Origin: Chlorokybus atmophyticus
Taxonomy: Eukaryota; Plantae; Mesostigma and Chlorokybus algae
DNA: 64,000 nt
NCBI GenBank assembly: GCA_009103225.1
Contig: RHPI01000008.1
Location: forward strand, 424,015 to 488,014
Direction of reading: 5' to 3'
This document shows positions 12,069 through 31,601 of this stretch, one piece after another. The first letter of the stretch is position 1, and the number at the start of each line of letters is the position of its first letter. The notes beneath the pieces were generated by a model. That model was not told the origin of the DNA. It saw only the letters and a list, made by a program, of their open reading frames with translations, and did not search any database. The position numbers were made by a program, and so were the translations under genes.

Positions 12069-14903
12069 CTAGGTACATGCGCTTACTGTGAGGCGAATCC
12101 GTGGGTTGCATGCTATGATCTACTATGCAATGAACTAGTGTGCATGTGGACTTGGCACAAACAAAGACTCCTTCCCTTCATCCTGTACACACACATACAT
12201 AAGCGCACGCACGCACACGCATTTGCACGCGCACTCGCACGCGCATGGTGTCTCTGTGCAGGTCTGCAATGCAAACACACGTGGCACACACACACACAAA
12301 CGGGCGCGCGTGCACACTTGCACGCCCCCCCCCNNNNNNNNNNNNNNNNNNNNNNNNNNNNNNNNNNNNNNNNNNNNNNNNNNNNNNNNNNNNNNNNNNN
12401 NNNNNNNNNNNNNNNNNNNNNNNNNNNNNNNNNNNNNNNNNNNNNNNNNNNNNNNNNNNNNNNNNNNNNNNNNNNNNNNNNNNNNNNNNNNNNNNNNNNN
12501 NNNNNNNNNNNNNNNNNNNNNNNNNNNNNNNNNNNNNNNNNNNNNNNNNNNNNNNNNNNNNNNNNNNNNNNNNNNNNNNNNNNNNNNNNNNNNNNCCCCC
12601 CCCCCCCCCCCCCCCCCTCCAGTGGTAGTAATAAGTGCTAGTGAAGTAGGTGAGTAATCATCGAGCAGCTTGCTAGCCTGGTGGTTGTGAGCTTTGCTTT
12701 TAGAGTGCAATCAACGCAGCGATTGCCGTTCCGATGCTGCACTTGCATGCGCTTGCACCTCACATCCCTACAATCACACGCACACGTGCATGGGTTGATC
12801 CACCATCCCCCCTGCAGGCGTCCAGCGGCAATGACAAGGCCACCACCTCCCTCAAGCTCGAGGACTCCACTCTCCTCCACTGGCTCGCTTGGTGCAGTCT
12901 CCACGCCGGCGACCACGCCCGCGCCCTGGACGGCTACCGAGACCTCCTATCCCAACACCAACTCAACACCACCAGCAACAACATAACCACATCCTCCATA
13001 CGTGCATCCATAGCAGTCTGCCTCTACTACATCAGCGAGCACCGCGAGGCCTTACGCGAGGCCGAGCGCGCTGAGAGTGAGGGCGACAAAGATGTTAGAG
13101 CTCTCGCTGTTAGAGTACAACTTGCGTGTGCGGCGAGGGCGGGTGATGAAGAAGCTCTGATGAAAGCCCACGCAAAGTTGGACCTGAACGGTGATAGTAA
13201 CAACTCTGTTCATGACCAGTTGGCGCTTGCGGGTGTGCATTATGGGCGTGCTCATTTTCAGGAAGCTACCGATGCGTATAAGAGGCTATTACTGGCGCAC
13301 AGGGACTACGTGGCGTTGAACGTGTATGTGGCGTTGTGCTACTGCAGGTTGGACTACTACGATGTGAGTCTGGAGATATTGTCGGCGTACTTACAGGCAC
13401 ACAATGACTCGCCCGCCGCACTCAACTTGAAGGCGTGCAACCATTTCAGACTCTATAACGGCCGCGCGGCCGAAGCAGAGATACGCTCCCTCCTCGACAA
13501 CGACAACAACAACAACACTGACACAACTCCCTCGTCCACAAACCCACTCGTGCGACACAACTTAGTGGTCTTCCGCAACGGTCACAACGCGTTACAAGTG
13601 TTACCCACTTTGATGGAAAGTGGTGTTGCCCCACCCGAAGCAAGACTCAACCTCACAATCCAACGCTTGCGTGCGGGTGAAGTAGCCGAAGCCCACGCTA
13701 TAGTAAAAGACCTCGAGCCTGCCACGCCACAAGAGTACATTCTCAAAGGTGTTGTGCACGCTGCGTTGGGTCAGGATTTGGCCGACAAGGGTGTGTCCAC
13801 AAACACACATGAGGCAGCTGAGCACTTGAGACTCGCACAACAGTATTTTCAGCTTGTTGGAGCCTCAGCCAGCGAGTGCGATACTATTCCCGGGAGACAA
13901 TGTATGGCGTCATGCTTCTTTCTACTGAAGCAGTTTGATGATGTGTTGATCTATTTGAAGAGTGTCAAGACGTACTTCTACAACGACGATGACTTCAACT
14001 GGAACTATGGGATGGCAAAGGCGTGTGTGCAGGAGTGGCAGGAGGCGGAGGAGACGCTGCTGTTGGTGCAAAATGAGCGGTGAGAGGATGTGTGTACTTT
14101 GAATGATATGTTGTGTTGTTTGTCATGATGCGTGGGTTTTTGTTGACAGGTACAAGCAGGAGTATGCGTACGTCACGACGCTCGTGCGGTGCCATATCAT
14201 GAACGGGCGGCAGCGCCTCGCGTGGGACTTGTATATTCGCATGGATGCATCTGATGACTCATTCAGGTAAGTGTCTGTGCTTGCAGATTGAACCCTCATA
14301 GCAGTTAACTCGAACTGCAAGTAGTACTTGATTGTTTCTTATGGTGAACATGTTTATGCAACAGCATCCTGCAGCTGATAGCCAATGACTGCTACAAGAT
14401 GGGCCAGTTCTTCTACGCAGCCAAGGCCTTTGACGTACTGGAACGGTTGGACCCGAGGCAAGTGACCATGTGTATGAGCTTGAGCGTGCACGTGCATACG
14501 CATGTGCTTGCAACGGCACTGGCGTGTGCATGTGGCGGTATTGGCGTGTGTATGTGAGTGTGGTTGTGCGTGTGCGCAGCCGTCAATTTTGCATTGCCAC
14601 TCTGTCTGCACACTGCATCTGTACGTGTCTGCATGTGTGTTTGTGCATGTACTTGCTTTGCGTGCAGCTCATGTGTTTGCCCACGTGACATGTCCCTATT
14701 GTGCACGCAGCACGGAATACTGGGAGGGCAAGCGGGGCGCGTGCGCGGGTGCGTTCCAGGCGGTCGTGGCGGGGCGAGAGGGGCGGGAGCAGCTGCGGGA
14801 GATCATCGGCATGCTGCGCAACAACGCGCCCAACCCACAGGCAGACCAAATCGCACGGGTCATACGGAAATGGGCCAAAGACGTCGGCCTCAAGATCGCA
14901 TGA
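11748..14903 (+). CDS. IFT56: Intraflagellar transport protein IFT56 / TTC26 / DYF-13 (IFT-B), 5 exons
   Basis: Motifs [116 protein letters not shown] and [10 protein letters not shown]. The last intron (14458-14710) is GC-AG, and the gap at 12334-12595 lies in intron 1. Confidence 0.97.
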
Positions 14904-15240
14904 GAAAGGATGATAGATCTCTCAGACAATCAAGCTGTAGTAACTCTGTTGACAACCACTGTTGTAACTACGGAGACGCACGCGCGCGTGCGCATGAGTG
15001 CGTGCACACACATACCCATATTGCACGCGCGCACACAATGACATCGTCGCTGTTGCACCATTACATACATATAGACAACAGCATACAGCCACTTTGACTG
15101 GTACAGACTGCTGCTTTGTCCAATACTACTCACCATCCATCGCTCTCATCGCTTGGTTGCCGCCCACCCCTGCAGCCACAGTAATCTCGCCTCAGTCACA
15201 TATTATTACATCATGACACGCAACACATCAACATGCGTGC

Positions 15241-18200
15241 TCACCCCAGCGATAAGTAGCTCTGGCCTCCGTCACTAAGCTCGTCCAGCCCGATGCCAAA
15301 CGCATCATCGTAGTCCATCACCTCCTCCTCTGCCTCATAGAGGCCCTCTTTTCTCTGGTGTGGACTCACAGCAGCAGCCGTAACACTAGTAACACTACTC
15401 TCAACAACTGTGGGCGTGTCGTTGACGTGTGCCTTGCTTGTGAGTGCATCATTTGCCGGTGGCGATGTCGCTGTGTCGGCTTGCTCAAGGACGATAGGTG
15501 GTCTTGGAGGAGGTGATATCACTGCAACAACGGGTGATGTTGCCGAAGAAAGCGGTGTTGCAGGGCGTATGAAGTGCGCGATGATGATGTCTGGTTCAAC
15601 TTCATCGGGTCTGCTGTGGGATTGAGCTTTCGGGCTTTGCGGAACAGGATGAACGGCAATCGGTGTTGGGATCCCAACAACAAGTGGCCTTTCCTCCTCT
15701 GGGGTATGACTGCGCTGATTGGCATCAAAGCGAACTGTTCCTCTTTGACCCTCTGCTGCAGCTAACTCAATTGAACCATCTTGGTCAATGCTGATTGCGT
15801 TGTCATTGTTGTTGAGGTTGAGGTTGGGGTTGGAGTTGTTGTTATCGGTGGTGTTGTTGGCGGTGGGGTTGGGGTTGGGATTGATGTCATGGAGCCAACT
15901 TGCGGCGTGCGTGCGGCTCATGCGTGGGGCCGCCTCATCCGGTATTCCGCTTGGGAACACGAGTCGCCCTCGCTCGAGCTCGAGCGGCATCGTGCTCGCA
16001 CGGGTGACCATCGTGCTGAAGTTGTTGTTCTCATCCTCCTCCAGCCCCTCCTCTTTCTCCCGCTCCTCCTCAGCACCAACATCACCAACATCACCACCAT
16101 ACTCCTCACGGTAATTGGCCTCGTCGGCCCAGTAGTCCGTCCACTGCTCGGCCACGGTGCTGCGCAAGGCAGATACGCCGCTCTCCTGACCTCGTATTAA
16201 CCGCCCGCGGAACTCCTCCAGGGAGAGCTTCACCTCCTGTGTGTGTGAAAGGGCATCACAACCTTCAAATGTTGGCAACCTGCCTGCCACATACCTAGAC
16301 ACGCGGACATGCAAACAGATGCGCACACAGATACATGCGCGCGCACGTGCACGAGGCAGTGCAATACTAGCACGCGTGCATACATGCCCACTACTGTGAA
16401 GCAAGCGTGTGTCTTGCACCAATACCTGCTCTTCGCGCTCTAGCTCGGCTAGCCTGCGCACCGCGTCGCTGATGGCGGGGGACTCCTCGCTCACGATGTA
16501 TTGTCGGGGCGTGACGGGGCGAGGAGGCATTGGCGTGGAGTAGACTGCTGCTGCGACGTGGGGCCTCGTGCGGTGTGGGGGAGCTGCAGTTGGTGTGGCT
16601 TCTTGCAGGACAGTGTGTCTGCGAGAAACAACCGCAGTGAGCGCGTGTTTGTGTCCCGCTGCAACCCAACATATGGAGCAAGACCAAGACGGATGTGTGC
16701 GTACATATTTGATTGGTGCAGGGGTATGAGTCCACGGCGCGCTTCACGCTCTGTCTCAAGGGCTGCGCGATTGAAGTTAGATATTTTGAAGATGCAGCAT
16801 GTGTTCCCGCGTGTAGCGCACGCAATCAGCCAGTTGATGTACCCGCTTTGTTGCTGCGCAGGAGTCTGTGCATATCCTCCAGCTGGCCCTCCGCCGCCTT
16901 TGCCTGCGCGAGCACCTGCTCCACCCTCTTCAACGCCCTCTCCCTACCCTCAACCTGCAAACCAACAAACACACACACGTCACTCACCCACCCACCCCCC
17001 ACCCTACCCCACCCCACCCCTCCCCTCCTATCCCACTCACCGCTTCCTCCATCTCCCCCTCCATCTCCTCCACCCTCCTCCTCCACCTCTTCTCCCTCCC
17101 CACCCACGCCTCCCTCTCCCTCTCCCTCTCTTCCACAACTTCCCGCAGTCCCGCCAACTCCTTGGCCGCTGCCGCGCGATCGCAATGACGGGCCTCGCGC
17201 TCCTCAGACAGCTCCCGGCGCAACGCCTGAGAGGAGGCGAGGGAGGCGGCAAGCTGGGACTCTAAGTCGCTGTCGCGGTGCTGCAAGGCGCTGAGAGGGG
17301 ACATGTGGTTGTTGTTAGTGTCACTCTGTCACAATGAATGCATCAACCATGCACGGAATGTACGCATGCGTGTTTCAAGTACAAGGAGTATGCATGTACA
17401 CTCCAGTGTACACGTGGGCATACGCGTAAACAATCGGGTCTTTGCTGATGTGTTATGCATGCACCCGTATTGCATAGACGCGCACACAGATAAAGAACAG
17501 TGGCTGCGTTTGCACGTGTATGCTGTTGGTCGCACAATGCACGCCTGCAGAGTTTGTCACCTGTACACATGTACGTGTATCCACATAGACTTACTGTGTC
17601 ACTGTGGTCAGCTGTTCTCTGCTGTTAGCCAGGTCCATGGTGGTTTCCCCAAGCTTCCTGCGCGCTTCATCCAGGTCCGCCTTGGTGCGGTTGAGCCGCT
17701 CTTCCAGCTGCAGTAGCGCACCACAACGTCGTTGATACTCAACTAACATCATCCCATCCCACAAAAAACGCACACATGCACGCACGCACGCGCACACTCC
17801 CACACACACCTCCTGCCGCATGAGTGCCGAGGCTTCAATCTCCTGTTTCGCCGCACCCGCACTCTGCTCCAGCATGCGCAGCCGCTGGCGCTCACTCTGC
17901 GCAACTGCCAGCTCCTCGGCGTGTGCCCTCCTGTCATCAGTGAACCTCACCCTCTCACCTGCACATGTACCACACCACCACGCATCACACACCTGCCTCT
18001 CCCCCCACCCGCCCACCCACCCCCACCACATCCACACACATCACTCACTGTCTAGCTGAGCGCGATCGCTCTCAAGCAGCCTCTTCAGCTGCTTATACTC
18101 ATTGTCAAGATCCTGTCTTCTTATGGAAACCGTCTCTCTGGCCTGTTCAAGCACATGTTCCCGCAGCTTCGCCACCTCATTCTCCCTCTCTTTCACCCTC

Positions 18201-19958
18201 TCCTCCCTCTCTTTCACCCTCTCTTCCTCAACCCTAACCGCCCTCTCTCTCAACTCACACTTTTCCTTTCCCTCCTCGACTCTAACCCTCAACGCCTCGT
18301 TCTCAGCGAGTGCCTTCTGTCTAAACTCATACGCAAGTGCTTCAACGTCACGCTGTCTTCGTCTCAACGACAGCGTGGCAGCCTCTTCTTTGGAACGCAA
18401 TGCAGCGAGTCTGTCAGCGTGTACGGCTTCGAGTTGTTCACGTGCGGCGTCAAGTTGGCGTCGGTAACGCGCGGCCTCGTCCATGCGCACGGCGCCGCAC
18501 TCGAAGCGCCGCACGCGCTCGAGGTGGGAAGATAACTCCTCGCGTGCGCGGTCCTCAACCTCCTTGCGGTAGCGGAGCATACGCTCCTCGATGAGGGGGG
18601 TTGTTGTGGAGGAAACGCCATGAGCGTGCATGGACTCCTCCACTTGCCGCAACGCCCACGCTGTGTGTAGCATCGATTGTAAGTTGGTGTGTGCGTGCAC
18701 GGTGTTTGCATGATGTATCCTGAATTGTCCGCAGGTTGCTCATGACAACAGGCACTCACATTGTGCAGTATAGCATGCTGTACACACAAGCAAACACAGT
18801 GAACGCGCATGCATCCCGACAGCATACCGATGTCTGTAACACGTGGGCTGCAACAGTTGAGGTGATGTGCATGTGTCATGCTATGTATCGCCGTTCGTTC
18901 ATGCGTTGTATTGCATCAACATGCATGACTGACAATCCCACATCGCTCATGCACTCACCTACGCCGTGCTTCACATCGTCGGTCTGCACGGAGTTCTCCA
19001 CACGCGGCGGGGCGACAGCTTCATTGGCGCTTGCAAGCGCCGCGAGCAGCTCCAGCAGCAGGCAGGGTGAGGACTTGTTGTTGTTGTGTTGGACTGTTGT
19101 GTCACTCCCTCTCACCCTCTCCAGATGAGTGCTCAGCGGCGAGGAGGCCACCACGCGCAGACAGTGGAGAATCTCCCCGCGCTCCAACGGCTTGGATGTT
19201 GTTGATGTTGTTGTTGTGTTCAAGCCGCACTCGGGGAGAAACACTGTCTGTGTGTACGGGTACGGCACTGCCCTTATGTACTCTGCAAACAGGCTGTCCG
19301 CCACCCTCCTAACATAATATTTGTGTTCATTGCAATGTGTTATGCATGGCGGAATTTGTGACACAACTTCATGTACACATCCGTACTTCCAGAGGGTGGC
19401 ATCGGCACTGTTGTTGTCGTGACTGTTGCTGATTTTGTTGGGAGGGTTGTTAGCGTGTGCGGAGTTGTTGTTGAAGAGGGCAGCGTCGGAGCGCTTGAGC
19501 TGGTTGAGAATCTGAGACCGCAGCTGGCCCTGCGCAGAGAAACACACATTGTGACACTATCCAGCTGCTACTGAAATACATCAAGTGGCGAGTTGACAAC
19601 ACTTGCATGTCATAGTAGAAGCAACTCGCTTCTAGGATAGCTGACTAGTTGAACCTTGTGTGAAGCGTTGACTACGTACATACGATCAACGCACATGTGC
19701 TTGCTGGGCATGCTTTCGTGCGCAAATGCTGTTCACGACATACACAACACGCGAGCACGTGCTCACATCAGGTGCAATACTATAATTTAAGAAAATGTAA
19801 TTGACAATTGCGCAAGTGGAAATAGATTGTAATTATCATACTTTCAGCGAGTCCAGAATGCCGGCCCCCTTGAGGTTGGCGTACAGCGCCGCCCTCAGCT
19901 CCACCTCCACCTGCGCTCCCTGCTGCTGCATATGTAGTCCCTCCACACCAGACTCCAT
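15241..19958 (-). CDS. OFD1: OFD1-like centriole/basal-body protein (N-terminal LisH, long coiled coil, low-complexity tail)
   Basis: Spliced N-terminus ELRAALYANLKGAGILDSLK|GQLRSQILNQL and LisH-like VADSLFAEYIRAVPYPYTQTVFLPECGL match the recalled OFD1 pattern (GILDTLKTQLRNQLI, SLVADHL...SVFFPESGL). A coiled coil (YRKEVEDRAREEL...) follows. Internal 3' exon boundaries are approximate. Confidence 0.85.
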
Positions 19959-20338
19959 GCCTCCTCCACCTCCACCTCTCCACTTCCCGCTCCCCCTCCT
20001 CCGCCGCCGCCGCCCCCAACAACAACAGCAACGCCAGGAATGCCGTTGAGGACTTGAATCCACCCCTCCTGTACGCCGCGGCGTTAAACAGAGATATCTG
20101 GTTGAGTGTAAAGGCCTAAGATATCTCTAAGCTGGCGCGACGTACAGTATGGCTCAGCTCAGAGAGAATCTTTCAGGAGATGCATAACGGCAGACGCTTT
20201 TTGTGTGATATTATCTGCTGGTTTGTTGGTGGCGGCGGTGGTGTCGGTGTCGGCGTCGTTGGCAGTTGCGGAGGCGTCATTTTTGGTGGATAAGAAGTAC
20301 GGCCTTGTTGCTTGGGAGGATAGAGGGGAGAGGAAGCA

Positions 20339-21911
<1,573 letters not shown>

Positions 21912-22154
21912 GTCTGGACTGGAGGAGAGTACTTGGTGTTTGTTTTGTGGCGGATGTTGATGCGTTCAGTGACCATGCACGTAGCATGCGGGGGAGTGCC
22001 ACTTGCTGTATCAACAGTGGCAACCCTTTGTATTGATAGAGCAGCATGCAGCTGCAGAAGGTAGTGATAGGCAATCATGGCGACAATATCATGTTGGTGC
22101 AAACATCACAATACGCGTCTTCAAGATCGTGTGCGCCCCCCCGCTCCCCCCCCN

Positions 22155-22239
22155 CAAGGGAGCAATGGAAGCAACACATCTGCGCACACATGCACAAACA
22201 GTCATATGAACACAGTCATGCAGTCCCAAGCATATACAC
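22155..22239 (+). repeat. 85-bp exact duplicate of 32904-32988
   Basis: Base-by-base identity (CAAGGGAGCAATGG...CATATACAC). This copy starts immediately after the single N at 22154. Confidence 0.9.
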
Positions 22240-22936
22240 CCCCGCACACCCGCACCCGCCCACCACCACCACTCTCTCCACAAGTGCACACAGTACAACA
22301 CGGCGTGTTGTACTCTGTGCACATGGTGCACCAGATTCACACTAACCATCGTGCATGCTGACTGTGTATACTCCTGTTCTTATGTTTATGACTACTAACC
22401 CGGACCCCGACAACCAACACACGGAATCGCAATCAGGGATTCCCAACCCTGACGCGTTTATGCTCTTAGTGGTGGCGTTTGTCACAAGGGGCCTGGGCTA
22501 GCGCACGTTCGTGGGCCAGCCATTGCTGACATTGTTTCGGAGTTGTGCAGGCCTGCTCTGCTGCCGCGCTCTGCTGCCGTATTGCACTCACTTAGCTAGC
22601 CTAGAACCAATTCCCGTCGGGCTGGCATCGTGTGTGTGTGCGCATGTGTGCGTGTGCGCGCATGCGCATGTGTCACCGTGTGTGTTGCCGCATGCACGGT
22701 TGTCATTGTGTGTGGTGTTGTTGGTGCATGCTTTGGAGGCCGCTGTGCGCGCACGCGTGGGTACGTGCGTGCGTGTGTGCGAGCGAGTGTAGACATACAA
22801 ATTCCCAAAATCAGCATGCACCGTGATGCTTTACACGCGTTCGACATGCTATGCAGTCCACCAGGTCGATGAGGCTGATGGCGAAGCATTTGGATACAAA
22901 GGGCCTAAAAGGTTTTGCATCGTCCGCTATGCAATT

Positions 22937-22983
22937 GCTCACCCCTGGCATATAGCTCTCACACTTCAATGCCAGGGGTGAGC
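22937..22983. other. Perfect 15-bp stem hairpin with 17-nt loop
   Basis: GCTCACCCCTGGCAT (22937-22951) is the reverse complement of ATGCCAGGGGTGAGC (22969-22983). Confidence 0.9.
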
Positions 22984-25900
22984 TGAGGCTCCAAGAAAGT
23001 TATACATTTATTGACTGATGTTGTTGAATGAGCCAATGGCTACAGGTAGCACATACCCACCTAGGCAACCTTCTCAAGTCCATTGTGCTTTTAAACTGCC
23101 TGCCTTGCATATGCGTGAAAATCCATGTCGGGGCTAGTGATAGCAGCGAGCAATGCAGTGCACGCACATGCCCCGCCTCCGCCCCCTACACACACCCCTT
23201 TCGTTTGTGTAGTTGGTTCAAGTAGGCGGAGTGAGGTTGAGGGTTTGAGGCAAGCACGTTAAGTCACGAGCTGCAGTGTTTGCCAGTAGTTAGCAGCATA
23301 TAAGGTACAAGATAGTGCGATGAAGCCCGCGATATATGACTGATACTACACCAATGCCTTCAGCAACTGTAATACATTATGGCATGGGACGTGTGAGTTT
23401 TATCACCAGTTACCCTATGCATTCAGAGTATGCACCAAACGCGACAGTGGTCAGTTGCCCCTTTTGGCAACTTACTCACTGTGGCGTTGTTGCTTATGGT
23501 GGAGGCGCTCATTCTACCTGCCTTTCCTGCCTTGCCAAGTGCTGAGCGTGCTGCTGTGGGACTCAGCACGCCTTGCTTGACCGTTGCATTTAACAATTAA
23601 GGTGCAATATGTGCACGACCTATAATTATTGTCTGACACGCTTGTTAAATGCTCAGCCCAATTCGTGTCTATTAACATGCTAGTCTTTGATTATGCATAT
23701 GGTAGAATAGAGGGGCCATTCATGACAAAACACACAGCGACACAAGTACATCTATAGCCAACAACAAGGCAAGCAATTAGCGTATAAAGGGCCACGCCAG
23801 TTGGACCTATTCAGCTAAGTGCTACGACAACCATGCAGGCGGAGCAACAGCCATTAATGGCTGAAGATTTCGCTTAACTACATAAAAGTGTACGTGGATA
23901 AATACATGCGTATACATATACATACTATGTGCATTTAATATATAATTATAAAGGTATACTACACCTCTCGATGTGTATGCAGAGTACTTGGTGTGTGTGT
24001 ATGTGTGTGTGTGTGTAAAAAATGTAAGTTGTATCACGCGCATGCAAACCACACTCTCATGTCACACGTCAACTCAGCATGTCGCATTCATGCATTTACA
24101 GTTAGCACCACCGCTAGCCTACTTACTCACTAAGTACGACACTAGCTACCACTATCCCATTGAACATTATGCAATGCGTGCATGGCAATTTACAGTTTTT
24201 TACCTGCACGCATGTGCAGCTATTTAATCTTCCACGCGGTTGCCTCAGTCAGCAGCATAAGTAGGACACGGACTCCCCCTCCCCCTCTCTCCTGCTCTCC
24301 TTCACCTTGTGTGTGTAGAGTTGTATACATGAGTATAGATACCATAGTCTCTCAACATGGCACATTCACTGCTTCAACAAAAGTGCTTTGATTAGGGAGG
24401 CATTGGTAGACTGACCGCGTCACGGGAACGACATGCTGCAGGCCTGATTCGTATAACGGGTGAGATGGTACGTACTTTGATGATAGTGTTACTCGAGATT
24501 GCTCAGTTGTACGCCATGAACAGGCCGCGTAAGATGCGCCTGACAGACACGGTACTATTTGCTGACAGCTTTGCACCCTGCTTTATAAGGCAAGCACATG
24601 AGCCGTGTACGCATGGTCTATGGCTCATCCACCTCTACAGAATGCTTCGCGTGGCCCAAGCGGCGTGACCCACCGGCCCTGCTTCAACAGAACTTGAGAG
24701 TGTTCGCCCATAATGATATACATGTACCAAACTGGAGGTCGATGTGCAAAGAAGGTATCTCGCCGTATAAAGTCGTGGAGATATGCTATCCTCGTACCAT
24801 TCATTGCCTCGTACCGTGCTTGACCTTCTGGTGTCGCAGGAAGACGCACTTTGATCCTTTGTTAGTAATCATCCTGAGATCTATAAAGGTGTATCGCTCC
24901 GTGGCGGGATGCGGGCCGTACCAACGGCTGCTCTGAAGGTTGTTTTAATTGGTACCATGATGTGCACTTAACTGCCGCAACAACGACTTCGGCCTGTAAC
25001 GTTAGCTGGAGCAGCAGCGTCAGAAAGTACACTCAGTGACTGCTCAATGAGCGTGCAACCCTCCGTTAGTGCGCGACCCTCCGTTAGCAGCGTGTTGGGC
25101 AAACTGGGGCCTTTGAATACCATCAACTATCAGATGCATGTTATGTTGGTGCCAAAAAACCTAGGGCGTCACGCTTGTTTTGTATCGCACACGACGAACA
25201 ACGGGTTGTGATTCAACATAAGACAGTGTTTTACGACCCTCTGTAACCACTAAGTGCTGGCCCACCTGTGCGCCGCACCGTCGGTGCCCTGCAATACTGG
25301 CCGTAAATCCCGCGCGCTGACACTTCAGCAGGCTGCTGCGCTGTATGCTGCAAGTGAGTTTCCCTAACTTACTTCATCATCACTCAGAAGTCACATCTTC
25401 TGAAGGGCAGTTAACAGCCTCTGTGCGCGTCTCTTGGGCTGCTCTGTGGGCAGAGGCAGCCTGCCATGAATGGGGCGAGCACGGCCGTTGCTTGGTATTG
25501 AGAATATTATGACTCACAACTTGTGGGTCGATGTTGTGCAGCCGCAGGTGACCCCGACCCCTTGTTGTGTGTCAACATGCATGATTAGTTCCCTCATGAC
25601 GGGAGTGAACTAATCAGAGCTGACTGGTTTTCAAGTTTTTTATTCTCAGTCTAGGCCTACTGTGAAGGGAAAGTGAGTGAAGTACAGATGACCAAGCTTG
25701 TGTGTTTAACTTTCTCAGAAGCTGCTGGCCAGCTTGTGTACTCCACCGCCGCCGCCTGTGAGTTTGTATGTGCTTGTGGGCGTGGGTCACGGCGGCAAGG
25801 CGGGAGGAAAGGAGGGAGCTAGAGCAAGCCTGGTGGGCTGTTAGAGAGACACACGTACAGACGCGCAGTGGTTAGGCCTGCTGCTGGACATGCGCAATCT

Positions 25901-26444
25901 GTTTGAGCAGGGTGTGTCAGTGTGAGAACTGCTTTCAGCTGCTTGGAAGCTGAAGTGCTTCCACCAGTGCAGCTCTCTGCATTCAGTGTGGCCACGGTCG
26001 TTACAAGCCGTGCCTGTGTCGGCGCCGCCGCCGCCGCCGGCTGGCCTGAGGTGCGTGGGTCGCTTGCATGCTTGGTGGGGTTTGACACAAGTTGTGTCGT
26101 AGCAAAACCTCACCATTGATGGTTTGTTTACCACAGCTGGTACACTGATCCTGCCAGCTGTTGACTTGCATGCCCCAGCTGAGACACGGTCGTAGCTGTG
26201 CACCGAACCCACGCAGGTTAAAACCTTCAGTAAACAGCAGGCTGAGCTTGCTAATTAGTCCTGGCAAGCAAGCCAGTGAGCTCGCAAGGTCGAAGCCTAC
26301 CCGCATTTTCTATATAGCTGTCATGACCATGTCAGATGTCACTGTCGTGGTCGTGGTCCAATGTGTGCAACAAGCATGCTTGCATTCCTTGTTGCATGAA
26401 GCTTGTGCATGGCTTGCTCAAGAGCATTATGGGTGCTGCTGCAG

Positions 26445-31323
<4,879 letters not shown>

Positions 31324-31601
31324 GCTTGCACTGCACTGTTAGCATAGCAGCCTCAAGACTACACCCAACTTATACTAGTGTGGGCACCACACTGAAGCGT
31401 GCACAGATACACGCCATATTTACAGTGGTTGTGTGGGGTACAATAGTAGGTTGTGCGGCGTAGTATAGGTAACTGTTGCACAAGTAGAGCAGCAGCAGGG
31501 CCCGCAGGGTCTCTATGGTTAGCTCTCCGCCACAGGCAGAAACGCCCCTGGGATGAAGCGTGCATACTGCACGGTACAGATGCATCCAGTCACACCCTGT
31601 C

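Noticed and set aside
5871-19547. Numerous long antisense or alternate-frame ORFs over IFT139, IFT56 and OFD1
   Set aside because: They are shadow ORFs of GC-rich coding and microsatellite DNA, with no independent motifs or splice logic.
24465-25330. Possible decayed RT (VLFADS) or Ulp1-like protease (VFYDPL) fragments
   Set aside because: These are only 4-6 residue resemblances in different frames with stops. A tBLASTn/HMM search would be needed.
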